A DNA stretch of 64,000 bases, taken from the NCBI GenBank assembly GCA_964620965.1, contig CAZUHV010000001.1, positions 85,839 to 149,838 on the forward strand. Reading direction: 5' to 3'. Position numbers and translations under genes: made by a program. Below, in pieces: positions 48,161 to 57,965 of this stretch. Positions within the stretch are counted from its first letter, which is position 1, and every line of letters begins with the position of its first letter. The notes beneath the pieces are model-generated. The model was not told the origin of the DNA. It worked only from the letters and a program-made list of their open reading frames with translations, and did no database searches. The DNA comes from an uncultured Pseudomonadales bacterium. GTDB taxonomy: Bacteria > Patescibacteriota > Microgenomatia > UBA1400 > PJMF01.

Positions 48161-48200
48161 CGAATTGCTCTGAGAAACTCTCAAAGCAATTAAGTATTAA
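48161..48200. repeat. 40-bp palindromic repeat, copy 2
   Basis: CGAATTGCTCTGAGAAACTCTCAAAGCAATTAAGTATTAA. On the minus strand the hairpin is followed by a T-run, so it may act as the terminator of 48190..48495. Confidence 0.8.
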
Positions 48201-48495
48201 AAATCAAATAATCATACAGAAACATAACTGCCCACAAACAAAAGATTGAGATAATCAAATAAGCAAGCTTTCTATTCCAACCCCGCTTCAACTGTGCCAA
48301 CGAGCCCAACAGAATTACTATCTCAAATGGATAAGTAATAAAATCACAGTAACTTCCACACCAATTCTTTTCTAAAATAACTACATCTGTTGCAAAGCTA
48401 TTTAAACCAAAACTTTGCTGCACATCTCTAACAATATGAAACACTGAGAAAAGTACTAACAAACCAAAAACATATTTGTATGCATTCTTTCTCAT
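48190..48495 (-). CDS. hypothetical small membrane protein
   Basis: Three TM helices. ATGA overlap with the upstream nuclease gene. Confidence 0.35.
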   Translation of the reverse strand: MRKNAYKYVFGLLVLFSVFHIVRDVQQSFGLNSFATDVVILEKNWCGSYCDFITYPFEIVILLGSLAQLKRGWNRKLAYLIISIFCLWAVMFLYDYLIFNT

Positions 48496-49997
48496 ATCAC
48501 TTTTTGTAACTCTTCCAATATCCTCACCATCGCAAAAGTATCAAGTGTGCAATAACGGCTCAAATCATCCATAATCATTGGTCGTTTTTCTCTGTTTTTA
48601 CCTTCCAAAACGGTTTGTGTCCACATTCTGCGAGCTAGTAATCCATCAGAAACATTAAGCTCTTTGTAGCTTAACTCAGGAGCTAATACTGGCATAACTT
48701 TCTTGACCGAGGCACTGCCAAAAAAATCTTTATCAAAAAACCACATCTTAGCAAATGGAGTCATCAAATCGTCTATGCGATCATTGAGATCTGCCAGGAA
48801 ATCTGCATACTCTGGAAACAGTTCTGCCATTCGATCATTACAACCTTTTTCATAACTCATGTTCCAAGTAAGCACAGTACCAGTTGTACCAATATCTTGC
48901 TTGAGCTGAGCTAATAATCCTGGCATTGGATCTGTTGCTTGGTTATGTAAATACTCTAAGTGTTTTAACTCTGCACCTGGGCTTTCAATTATGTGTAACG
49001 AATATTGGAATGGATAATCCTTGTATGGGCTATATCCATCAAATTGAGGAACTACTGTTGAGAGTGTTTCGTAATCAAAAAAGTAGAGTGGATACTGGAA
49101 CGTATCTAAAAAGGCTTTAATCTTGTCTTTATCAATAATTCGCTGACCAGTTTTAGTGGTTCTAATTTGAACTCGTTGTTTATCTCTTAAAGCTTGGTCT
49201 TCTGTCATCTCGTGAATTGAAGAAATGCCAAGATCTTCTAGATCCCCAAGTTGTTCTGGGCTTGGATAAGCAAGGTTGTAAATGGAGTAGGTGTCATATT
49301 CACCTTTGATGTTTTTATAAATCTCCATCCATTCTTCAAGCCACTGTGATGATTTGTTTGGAATACAAAGTTGATTAATAAATCTTGGTGAAACATCTGG
49401 CATAGTTCTATTTGCCAATACTTCAAAGGCCATATCTACTTGTAAAAGTGTGGTGCTCATCAAGGCGCGAACTTTATCTGTGATATCTGTTTTATCAACC
49501 AAACCAGCAGGATCAATTTCCCCCTCACGCACATATTCTTTGTTTGCATGCATCACAGCTACATTGCGAATTTTTAGTCCTGCTTTTTCTAGTACCAACA
49601 GTTGAAATGCTAAATCATATTCGTGTTCTGGTTTAGCTTTAGTGCTAGCTTTAATTTCAATTAAGTCAAAAGTTTCATCCGGATGTTTGAATAATACATC
49701 AGTAATACAAGTTAAATTATCAACTTCAAACCTGCCTTGAAAAATAACTTCTGCGCCTTGTTGTAAAGCTTGCTGAGTTCGAGCAGGTAGACTCAAATAC
49801 TCATCATAATTATTGAATCCAAGTCGAACCCCATTGGGAAATAGGCTTTCGGCATATTGCTCAAAGTCATGACCTGCATCAAACATGGCTTGCGTATTGT
49901 CATCAACTGGAGGTAATTTATTTTTGTCATACTTCTTTAGCCACAACCATGCAGGATGGCGAAGAAAGAGCATGTAGTCGGATTTACTTAATATCAT
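48492..49997 (-). CDS. dual-nuclease protein: N-terminal PD-(D/E)XK (Cas4/RecB-like) plus C-terminal DnaQ/RNase H-like exonuclease-like domain (DUF2779-like)
   Basis: D...FDLIEIKAS fits the PD-(D/E)XK core. C-terminal LYFFDYETL resembles DEDD exonuclease motif I. The start ATG overlaps the RloC-like stop (ATGA). Confidence 0.5.
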   Translation of the reverse strand: MILSKSDYMLFLRHPAWLWLKKYDKNKLPPVDDNTQAMFDAGHDFEQYAESLFPNGVRLGFNNYDEYLSLPARTQQALQQGAEVIFQGRFEVDNLTCITDVLFKHPDETFDLIEIKASTKAKPEHEYDLAFQLLVLEKAGLKIRNVAVMHANKEYVREGEIDPAGLVDKTDITDKVRALMSTTLLQVDMAFEVLANRTMPDVSPRFINQLCIPNKSSQWLEEWMEIYKNIKGEYDTYSIYNLAYPSPEQLGDLEDLGISSIHEMTEDQALRDKQRVQIRTTKTGQRIIDKDKIKAFLDTFQYPLYFFDYETLSTVVPQFDGYSPYKDYPFQYSLHIIESPGAELKHLEYLHNQATDPMPGLLAQLKQDIGTTGTVLTWNMSYEKGCNDRMAELFPEYADFLADLNDRIDDLMTPFAKMWFFDKDFFGSASVKKVMPVLAPELSYKELNVSDGLLARRMWTQTVLEGKNREKRPMIMDDLSRYCTLDTFAMVRILEELQKVI

Positions 49998-52213
49998 ATT
50001 TTCTCAAGCAAACTTAAAAAGTCGTCTAATTTCTGTATTTTTTCAGGTTCATTCAACTTCATGATTTCGTGTTGATCATGCATATGTTCATGCCAGTTAT
50101 TTTCTAAAATATCATCTTTAACCAAACACTTGTCACCAATTTTTTCTAGATATGCAGAAATACTCCCCTCAGAAAGAGTCTTTTCATCCAAAGAGAAATA
50201 ATACTTGTGTCTCAAAATTCTTTCCAAGCACTTACGTACCTTACCAATTGCTTCATCAACATTTCTATTGTTATCAACTGAATCTTTAATAAACTTTACG
50301 CTTTTGAAAAATTCTTCCTCAATAACGTTTTCCACATCACACTTTACTATGCTAGAGCCTGCAGAACCTGAGTTTTTAATTTGAAGAAATTTGGTTTCAT
50401 TTTTTGGTATTTTGCTTTGCAATCTAGCCAAAAAGCTATCATCATGAGTAAGTATAATTACCTGCTCTGGCTCTTCATTTGATTGATTTTTAATTTTGAC
50501 TATAGTCCTAACCAACGCGTCCTTGCGATTTGAATCTAAACTTGAAAAAGGATCGTCAAAGACAACAATTTTTTTGTTTAAAAATTTATCTGTTTGTAAT
50601 TTTGATATAAAAATTGCAATTGCCAACAATCTTCTATCGCTATCACTTAACGTATTCCCAAAGTAATATTTATCCTTAGGCTCAATGTCGTCCTGAGATC
50701 TTTTATTTGAAATAGGAACAACTTGACTGCCAAATGCAAATTCGTAGTCAACAAAATGTGATTTTGATCTAGTTAAGTTCGAGCGACTATCTAATTTCTG
50801 TATTGAGAACTCTGCCCTAAGTTCATTTTTCAATACTTTTTCAATTTCTTTTTGATTATCTACAATTGTTTTTTTTGTCTCCTGATTAATTTCGTCTCTT
50901 AGGTTTTTCACTTCCTTCTTCTTGTCTTTGATGAGTTTTTCTGCATCAAAATAGTCTTTTGTTAAACTCACTCCTTCTTTGCTATGCCTGTATTTAGATA
51001 GCTTTAACTTTTTTAACTGATTTAGTAAATTTCGATAATCTTGTTCAGAGAATTCCTGTTTAAGTATTGAATCAAATACAGGGTGAAGTTTTTTAATTTC
51101 AATCAAGAATAATTGAAATGGTTTATCTTTTGAGATTAAATCAATCGAATAGTTTAAATTCTTTAATTTTTTATCAATTTCTTTGTCTAGATCCGCTTTA
51201 TTTTCCAGTAACTCCTTCTTATTTAACAATTCATCACAGTTAATTCCTAGAGGGTTAAGTTTTGCTATTTCTGCTTCAGGATCAAATCGCAAAAAGTTTT
51301 CTCCCGCTGATTCAATTTCTTTTTGAACTTGTCTATACGTTGCGCCAAAAACGCTCTTAAAATCTTTTATTAAATCTTTTACAGGCTCTAAGTCTTGCCC
51401 ACAAAAAACACAGTTTTTAGACTCATCTTTTAAGATAGCAACACCTTCTGAAATAAAATTCTTAGATGCACTTGCGTCTTTCCAATGATTATGAATATGA
51501 TTTTCAATGCTTACTTCAGCTGAAGTATCTAACGATTTCTCCATTGCTAACTTAAAGTTCTCAAATTTTGACGCCAATGGGGAATGCTTAATCTGTTCCT
51601 TAATTGATGAAATATTATTTAGGCGTTTAATTTCTGTTTCTTTTTTTGAAATTTTGTCATCAACACTCTCTACTTTTTCTGCTTTAAGAAATTCCTCAAA
51701 AGTTCCCAGATCAACTTTTATATATTTATTTTTTACTTTGTCTCTATCACTTTCTAAATCTGCTTGTTCATTACGAAGCCTCTTGAGAGCAAGTACTTTA
51801 TCACCTATGTTTTCTCCTACAAATATTCCATGAAGTGAAGCTTTATGTTCAAAATCAATTTGATCTCCTAGATAAACGTAATTTTGAACAAAGTTACTAT
51901 CAAATACAACAATATTTGGATTACTCCAGTTACCGTTTGATAGAGTGGAATGTTTATTATTTTCATCCAAAATATCAATCTCAGAACTTTCTGAATATCC
52001 GAAAGTCTTTTTACCCTTCAACAATCCTTGATCAGAATTTTTTAAGGATCTAAATATCGTTGTCAAAGTGCTTTTGCCATAAGTGTTATGTCCAAAAATA
52101 ACAGTTCTTTTGAAAAAACGTAATTCATCATCTCCAGAACATGTAAATTGCTTGAACTTTCCAATTCCTTTGATTTTTATAATTTTACTAATCATTTTTT
52201 CCCTTACTACCAC
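49994..52213 (-). CDS. RloC/PrrC-like ABC-type ATPase with coiled-coil zinc-hook insert, putative restriction-linked anticodon nuclease
   Basis: Walker A FGHNTYGKSTL. Long Lys/Glu coiled coil containing CVFC (CxxC hook). D-loop/Walker B VVFDDPFSSLD. C-terminal R-x3-H (RILRH) and a His cluster. Co-operonic with hsdR. Alternative start at 52195 (MISKIIKIKG). Confidence 0.55.
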   Translation of the reverse strand: MVVREKMISKIIKIKGIGKFKQFTCSGDDELRFFKRTVIFGHNTYGKSTLTTIFRSLKNSDQGLLKGKKTFGYSESSEIDILDENNKHSTLSNGNWSNPNIVVFDSNFVQNYVYLGDQIDFEHKASLHGIFVGENIGDKVLALKRLRNEQADLESDRDKVKNKYIKVDLGTFEEFLKAEKVESVDDKISKKETEIKRLNNISSIKEQIKHSPLASKFENFKLAMEKSLDTSAEVSIENHIHNHWKDASASKNFISEGVAILKDESKNCVFCGQDLEPVKDLIKDFKSVFGATYRQVQKEIESAGENFLRFDPEAEIAKLNPLGINCDELLNKKELLENKADLDKEIDKKLKNLNYSIDLISKDKPFQLFLIEIKKLHPVFDSILKQEFSEQDYRNLLNQLKKLKLSKYRHSKEGVSLTKDYFDAEKLIKDKKKEVKNLRDEINQETKKTIVDNQKEIEKVLKNELRAEFSIQKLDSRSNLTRSKSHFVDYEFAFGSQVVPISNKRSQDDIEPKDKYYFGNTLSDSDRRLLAIAIFISKLQTDKFLNKKIVVFDDPFSSLDSNRKDALVRTIVKIKNQSNEEPEQVIILTHDDSFLARLQSKIPKNETKFLQIKNSGSAGSSIVKCDVENVIEEEFFKSVKFIKDSVDNNRNVDEAIGKVRKCLERILRHKYYFSLDEKTLSEGSISAYLEKIGDKCLVKDDILENNWHEHMHDQHEIMKLNEPEKIQKLDDFLSLLEKI

Positions 52214-55047
52214 TCAAACATATCTACTATATTCTCAATAGCACTCCTCACACGATCGATGATGCTTTGACGTTCTAAAATTCTTGGGGCTTCTGGGAGA
52301 AGATCAACAATATCTTGTCCATGTGGAAGTTTTTGTGTATATAAATACTCGCCAATAATATTTTCAAACTTTTCTAGTGGAATATTTTCAGCTTGTGCTA
52401 CTTCTCGCAGTGCAGAGGAGCGTTCACTTGCCCAGAATTTCTCAAAGGCTTCTTCAACATTTTCATCTTCTCTGATCTTAGGTAGATTCTCCTCAATAAA
52501 TTTACGGATAAGTTCTTTCTTTTTGCGAAGCTTCACATCGCGATCAAATAATCTGAGAATATCTTCTGTTTTCTTCTCACGAACTACATCTGAACTAATG
52601 TCTTTAAGTCCAGCAATAAGCTGAATAATGTAGTCAAAATCAACTACATCACGAACAGTGAGCTCTAATTCAAAGTCGATTTGATCCAAAATGGATTCTT
52701 TTTCAGGCTCATGAGTTTTTCTTTCCTCATGAATATCAAGATACTTACTTTGGTAATCATAAAATTCTTGTTCTGTAATACCCAAGTCATCAAATGAGAA
52801 TTCTGCAAAGGTTTCGAGTGAAGACTTAATTCGAAGCAAATCTCTAAAGCTTTTAACAAATGCAGCCTTATCTTCTTCACCTCGCAAATCATCAACTGAA
52901 GAAACAGTAGGTACTTTTACTCGTAAGTGAGCAAGCTTTTCTTCAAACTCCTTTTTCTGAACTTCATATGGCTTCTTGAAAACAACTTCCTTAGCGTTTT
53001 CATCACCAAACAAAGCAAGAGCTTTGTCAGTATTCAGTTTAAGGTTTCTAAAAGAAACAATGTTTCCATGCGGTTTGTCAGAGTTCAGCAAACGATTTGT
53101 TCTGGAATAAGCCTGGATTAGTCCGTGATATCTCAAATTCTTATCAACGTACAAAGTGTTGAGTCTTGGGCTATCAAATCCAGTTAAGAACATGTTTACC
53201 ACAATAGTTAGATCAACTTCTTTGTTTTTAATTCGCTTCTGTAGATCTCGATAATAGTCATAGAATCTGTCAGTAGAGTAATTTGTGCCGAAATCCTTGT
53301 TGTAGTTTTTGATACAGCTTTCTAAGAAATCTCTTGAATGCTGATTTATCACATCACCCTTATCAGCAAACACGTCAACATCAAGCATGTCTGCACTATC
53401 ATCCTCATTTGCTTGATAGGTAAAAATTGTAGCGATTTTAAAATCATCAGGTTTCTTAGCAGAAAGCAGAGTGTAGTATTTCTTTAATATCTCAATACTT
53501 GGAGTGCAAAAAAGAGCATTAAACTTGCCATTCTTTGTTTTACGCTTCCAATCATGAAGGATATATTCAGCAATTTTTTCTATTCGCTCATCACTTTCGA
53601 GAACTTCTTTGGTGTCAATACCTTCAACCATAGTTTCAGCAAAGATGTCAGCATCTAGAGTATCAGGGTCTTTTTTCTTGTACTTACCAACATACTCAAC
53701 TGCAAAACCAAGCACATTATTGTCATCAATAGCGTGGGTAATAATATAGCGGTGCAAGCATTCACCAAATACATCTTTTGTAGTTACACCACCAACATTG
53801 TTATCAGCAAATATCGGTGTTCCAGTAAAACCAAAGAGTTGAGCTTTATTAAAATGACTCTTTATTCTATTGTGGGTTAATCCAAACTGACTGCGGTGAC
53901 ACTCATCAAAAATAATGACTACTTTTTCATCTTGCAGATCTTCAAATTGTTTAAGATACGATTCTCTGGAAACTGCAATATCTAGCTTTTGGATTGTAGT
54001 AACTATGAGTTTTCTCTTTGGCTCTTTAAGCTGTTTTACTAAGTTACGAGTATTATCCGTTCCATCAACAGAACCATCAGAAAAGTGATTAAACTCTTTT
54101 GTTGTTTGAATATCGAGGTCTTTACGATCAACTACAAAGATAACTTTTTTAATTTCGGGTAACTGTGAAAGAATCTGACTGGCTTTGTATGAAGTCAAGG
54201 TTTTTCCAGAACCAGTGGTATGCCAAATATAGCCATTCTGGTTAGTTTCTTTAACCTTTTGCTCAATAGCTCTGACTGCATAGTACTGATAAGGGCGGAG
54301 TACCATTGGAATTTTAAGAGATTCATGCAACACAATATATTCAGCAATCATGGATGAGATTTTGCATTTTTCTAAAAACGCCTCAGCAAATTGATTAAGT
54401 TGTGTAATTTTTTTGTTTTCTTCATCTGTCCAATAGAAGGTTTGTTCAAATGATTGCTTTGGATTATTAGAAAAGTATTTTGTGTTTACACCATTAGAGA
54501 TAATAAAAATCTGGACGTATTCGAATAAAGTTCCTGAAAAAGAATGTTTGTGATAGCGTTGAATCTGATTGAAAGCCTCCTTCATTTCAACGCCACGGCG
54601 TTTGAGCTCAATTTGCACTAAGGGAAGACCATTTATGAGAAGGGTAACGTCATAGCGATTTTCATACCTTCCAGCTTGAGTGACTTGATTTGTGACTTGG
54701 TACTCATTCTTGCACCACTTATCCATGTTGAAAAATCGAACCCAGAACTTTGTCTCATCATCACGAGTCAGCACAAATCTATCTCGCAAAGTTTTTGCTT
54801 TTACAAAGCGGTCACCTTTTTCAAGATGATTGAGTATGCGAGAAAATTCGGTATCAGAGAAAATTGTGTTGTTAAACTTTTCTAGTTGTGACTTAAGATT
54901 TTGATTTAATGACTCTACATCTGGCAAAGAAACCCTATCAAAACCCAAGTTTCCAAGTTGTGCTATTAATTCGTTTTCTAGTTGTAGTTCTGATTGCGCC
55001 ATAATTTTATCTATACAAACATTTGTTGTAACAGTCCCTTTTTCCAC
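52207..55047 (-). CDS. hsdR: type I restriction enzyme R subunit
   Basis: SF2 helicase motif I GYIWHTTGSGKTLTS. DEAH box FDECHRSQ. N-terminal nuclease region. The likely true start is 55002 (MAQSELQ). Confidence 0.85.
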   Translation of the reverse strand: MEKGTVTTNVCIDKIMAQSELQLENELIAQLGNLGFDRVSLPDVESLNQNLKSQLEKFNNTIFSDTEFSRILNHLEKGDRFVKAKTLRDRFVLTRDDETKFWVRFFNMDKWCKNEYQVTNQVTQAGRYENRYDVTLLINGLPLVQIELKRRGVEMKEAFNQIQRYHKHSFSGTLFEYVQIFIISNGVNTKYFSNNPKQSFEQTFYWTDEENKKITQLNQFAEAFLEKCKISSMIAEYIVLHESLKIPMVLRPYQYYAVRAIEQKVKETNQNGYIWHTTGSGKTLTSYKASQILSQLPEIKKVIFVVDRKDLDIQTTKEFNHFSDGSVDGTDNTRNLVKQLKEPKRKLIVTTIQKLDIAVSRESYLKQFEDLQDEKVVIIFDECHRSQFGLTHNRIKSHFNKAQLFGFTGTPIFADNNVGGVTTKDVFGECLHRYIITHAIDDNNVLGFAVEYVGKYKKKDPDTLDADIFAETMVEGIDTKEVLESDERIEKIAEYILHDWKRKTKNGKFNALFCTPSIEILKKYYTLLSAKKPDDFKIATIFTYQANEDDSADMLDVDVFADKGDVINQHSRDFLESCIKNYNKDFGTNYSTDRFYDYYRDLQKRIKNKEVDLTIVVNMFLTGFDSPRLNTLYVDKNLRYHGLIQAYSRTNRLLNSDKPHGNIVSFRNLKLNTDKALALFGDENAKEVVFKKPYEVQKKEFEEKLAHLRVKVPTVSSVDDLRGEEDKAAFVKSFRDLLRIKSSLETFAEFSFDDLGITEQEFYDYQSKYLDIHEERKTHEPEKESILDQIDFELELTVRDVVDFDYIIQLIAGLKDISSDVVREKKTEDILRLFDRDVKLRKKKELIRKFIEENLPKIREDENVEEAFEKFWASERSSALREVAQAENIPLEKFENIIGEYLYTQKLPHGQDIVDLLPEAPRILERQSIIDRVRSAIENIVDMFEW

Positions 55048-56237
55048 TCTTTTGCTTCTTTTATTTGGTTAACTTTTAATTCTATTAACTGGTCAATGGA
55101 TGAAACAAAATCAACGATTTTTGCTTGTTCTTCTTCGGAAGGATATGGTATCGGCATATCCATTAAATCTGAGGTTGATATTGCCATACGGTCGTGACGT
55201 GCTCCGTAGTTTGCAACTTTTTTCATATATTTATGCCAAAGACTAGTGTCGAAATATTTTTCATAAAAATACTTGTTTCCTTTTTTCAATTCAAGAACTG
55301 TATATAATGGAGACATTACACCAGTTTGGAGTGAATTCATTTTCATAGGACCAACGGGAGCACTTGTTGATATTCTAGGGTTGTATACAAAGTCATCAAT
55401 TTCAACAACATAATAATTCATTAAATTATTCTGATTCACAATATCTCTATCAAAATAATCATTTTGGCTCACAATCCCTTCTGAAGCTGAATTAGTCAAA
55501 ACATGATTTATTTTATTGTTAGTATTCTTTTTTGTTTTTCTTAAAAAAATATCTTTGAGTTTTCTCATTTCCCAATCTGGGTATTTTTTACTATCTTTAC
55601 CATTAAATCTTAATTCTTTTGTAAAAATCTTTTGAGTCATTCCTTTCTTATATTCTTCAAGCGTATCCTTTTGTTTTTCTAGGTTAATAATCCAACCATT
55701 TATTGTTGATAAAAAAGATGCCAATTTTTTTTGTTCGTCAATGGTTGGAATATTTACTTTAATTGATGAAAAATTTTCATAGAATAAGTATTGTCTTACT
55801 CCACCCTCAACATATCTTTTGACAAATCTATTAAATAAGTCAGACTTAAAAAAATGATACATAAATATATCATCAACATTGTCTGTTGTTGAAAAACAAA
55901 CATAAAGTGAGCTAATGATGACATTGTCTAAATCACCACTAAATCCAATGGAACCCACATTTATTCTGGCAGGGTTATATGCAAATGTATTTCTCTTAAC
56001 TACTTTATACATTGAAGTATCATAATTTCTCTCATTACTATCAAGTCCATCAAATTGTTCAGATTGTGGTAAAAAACCTCTTACATTATTAATCGAATAT
56101 ATTGGATATTTTTTTCCACTTTTATTTTTATTATTTTTTTTCTTTGTAATCTCACCAAGTTTATATTGAGTCCACATTCCAAAGAATCCTGGGAACCTCA
56201 ATTGTGGCTTTGCTTGCATATTTTTACTACTTTTCAT
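55011..56237 (-). CDS. hsdS: type I restriction-modification specificity subunit
   Basis: Two target-recognition domains separated by conserved helical spacers (LEKQKDTLEEYKKGMTQKIF ... LKVNQIKEAKEWKKGLLQQMF). Confidence 0.8.
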   Translation of the reverse strand: MKSSKNMQAKPQLRFPGFFGMWTQYKLGEITKKKNNKNKSGKKYPIYSINNVRGFLPQSEQFDGLDSNERNYDTSMYKVVKRNTFAYNPARINVGSIGFSGDLDNVIISSLYVCFSTTDNVDDIFMYHFFKSDLFNRFVKRYVEGGVRQYLFYENFSSIKVNIPTIDEQKKLASFLSTINGWIINLEKQKDTLEEYKKGMTQKIFTKELRFNGKDSKKYPDWEMRKLKDIFLRKTKKNTNNKINHVLTNSASEGIVSQNDYFDRDIVNQNNLMNYYVVEIDDFVYNPRISTSAPVGPMKMNSLQTGVMSPLYTVLELKKGNKYFYEKYFDTSLWHKYMKKVANYGARHDRMAISTSDLMDMPIPYPSEEEQAKIVDFVSSIDQLIELKVNQIKEAKEWKKGLLQQMFV

Positions 56238-57816
56238 ACTTAAAAGGATTGTCTATTCCTAACTCATCACAAAATGTATCTAGTTCTTTTCTATATTTTT
56301 GTTCTTTATGTTGATAATCTTTCAAATTTTTTGCAACTAGATCTAAATCCACAGGCTCTTCCTCTTCAAATGAATCAATATATCTAGGTATATTGAGATT
56401 AAAGTCATTTTCATATATCTCTTTCAGACTAACTCTACGAGAATATTTATCAACTTCTTTTCTTTCATTATATGTATGAAATATTTTATCAATGTGACTA
56501 TCACTAAGACGGTTTTGTGTGCCAACCTTTTCAAATTCGCTTGATGCATCAATAAAAAAAATATCATCATCTTCTTGTCTGCATTTTTTGAAAACTAATA
56601 CTATCGTTGGGATGCCTGTTCCATAAAACAAGTTTGCTGGCAAGCCAATAACAGCATCTAAGTAATTTTGCTTCTCAATAATATATTGTCTAATAGTTGC
56701 ATTTGACCCTCCAGTGAAAAGCACGCCATGTGGCAAAATAACAGCCATAGTTCCATTTTCGGTCAGGTGGTAAAGCATATGTGTCACAAATGCATAATCA
56801 GCTCTACTTTTAGGAGCTAACCTTCCATATTGTGAAAACCTTTCATCATGTAACAAAGCTGGATCTGACTCTCCCTTCCATTTTGCTGAAAATGGAGGAT
56901 TGGCTACCACTGCCTCAGCTTGCAGATCTATGTGCATATCATCTGTAAGCGTGTCACCTTGTCTAATGCTGAAATGATCAAAGTGAACTCCATGAAGGAT
57001 CATATTCATGCGAGCTAAGTTGTATGTAGTCGGGTTAAGCTCTTGTCCATAATAGGAAACTACGTCTGCATACTCACCAATTCTTAAGAGAAGAGAACCA
57101 GATCCACAGGTTGGGTCATAGACTGATTTAACTCGTTTTTTGCCATGAGTCACAATCTTTGCAAGAAGTCTAGAAACTTGAGCTGGAGTATAGAACTCTC
57201 CGCCTTTTTTACCTGCCCCTGCGGCAAACTCACCAATTAGATACTCATATGCATCACCAAGCAAGTCACTTTTTGTGTCTTCAAGTTTAAAATCAATACC
57301 ACTAAGCAGAGTCAGCACTTCAACAATTACTTCATTCTTTTTGTTTTCTGACTTACCCAACTTGGTTGAAGTTAAATCTACGTCATCAAATAATCCTTTG
57401 AAATCATCTTCGCTAGCTGTTCCCATTGAGGTTTGCTCAATAGAGTTAAGGACATTCTTGAGGTTTTCTAAAATAAAAATATCTTGACCTTTAACTTCAC
57501 CATTACCTTTTCTGACAATGTAAGAAAAAAGCTCTGTAGGTTTGAGGAAAAAGCCTAAGTGATCAATGGTAGCTTTTTTAATATGCTCGACAATCTGTTG
57601 ACCTTCGTCAGTTGAGTCATCTACCTCAGCAAAAGAGAATTTTTCACTAGCCAGAAGTTTTTCATCAATATAGCGAGCAAGTTTTTCTGAAAGATATTTA
57701 TAGAAAATGAAGCCAAGAATATAGTTTTTATATTCGTCTGCATTCATTTTTCCCCGGAGAACATTGGCTACAGCCCAAAGTTGCTTTTCAAGTAATCGTT
57801 TTTGTTCTCCAGACAT
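56227..57816 (-). CDS. hsdM: type I restriction-modification N6-adenine DNA methyltransferase subunit
   Basis: N-terminal HsdM_N (LWAVANVLRG). SAM motif DPTCGSGSLL. Catalytic NPPF (VANPPFSAKW). Confidence 0.85.
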   Translation of the reverse strand: MSGEQKRLLEKQLWAVANVLRGKMNADEYKNYILGFIFYKYLSEKLARYIDEKLLASEKFSFAEVDDSTDEGQQIVEHIKKATIDHLGFFLKPTELFSYIVRKGNGEVKGQDIFILENLKNVLNSIEQTSMGTASEDDFKGLFDDVDLTSTKLGKSENKKNEVIVEVLTLLSGIDFKLEDTKSDLLGDAYEYLIGEFAAGAGKKGGEFYTPAQVSRLLAKIVTHGKKRVKSVYDPTCGSGSLLLRIGEYADVVSYYGQELNPTTYNLARMNMILHGVHFDHFSIRQGDTLTDDMHIDLQAEAVVANPPFSAKWKGESDPALLHDERFSQYGRLAPKSRADYAFVTHMLYHLTENGTMAVILPHGVLFTGGSNATIRQYIIEKQNYLDAVIGLPANLFYGTGIPTIVLVFKKCRQEDDDIFFIDASSEFEKVGTQNRLSDSHIDKIFHTYNERKEVDKYSRRVSLKEIYENDFNLNIPRYIDSFEEEEPVDLDLVAKNLKDYQHKEQKYRKELDTFCDELGIDNPFKYEK

Positions 57817-57937
57817 AATTGTGCTTTCTGTTTTCTTGACTAAATGTATTATTAAGATTCATATAAAAATCTCGGTTAACAATCACCATTATAGTACAAC
57901 CTCAAGAGTTACGGGATATCAAAATCACTTTTCTCTC

Positions 57938-57965
57938 TTGATATACACCAGACTACTGATATAAT
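57938..57965 (+). promoter_or_regulatory. sigma70-like promoter upstream of the T4SS-like operon
   Basis: TTGATA - 16 nt - TATAAT. A hairpin AGCTGCC-n9-GGTAGCT plus T7 follows in the roughly 100-nt leader at 58005..58034. Confidence 0.4.

Noticed and set aside
48065-48184. 40-codon N-terminal extension of the epimerase ORF
   Set aside because: It overlaps the 40-bp intergenic repeat. The canonical Rossmann motif starts 4 residues after the internal Met, and homologous epimerases have no N-terminal membrane anchor.
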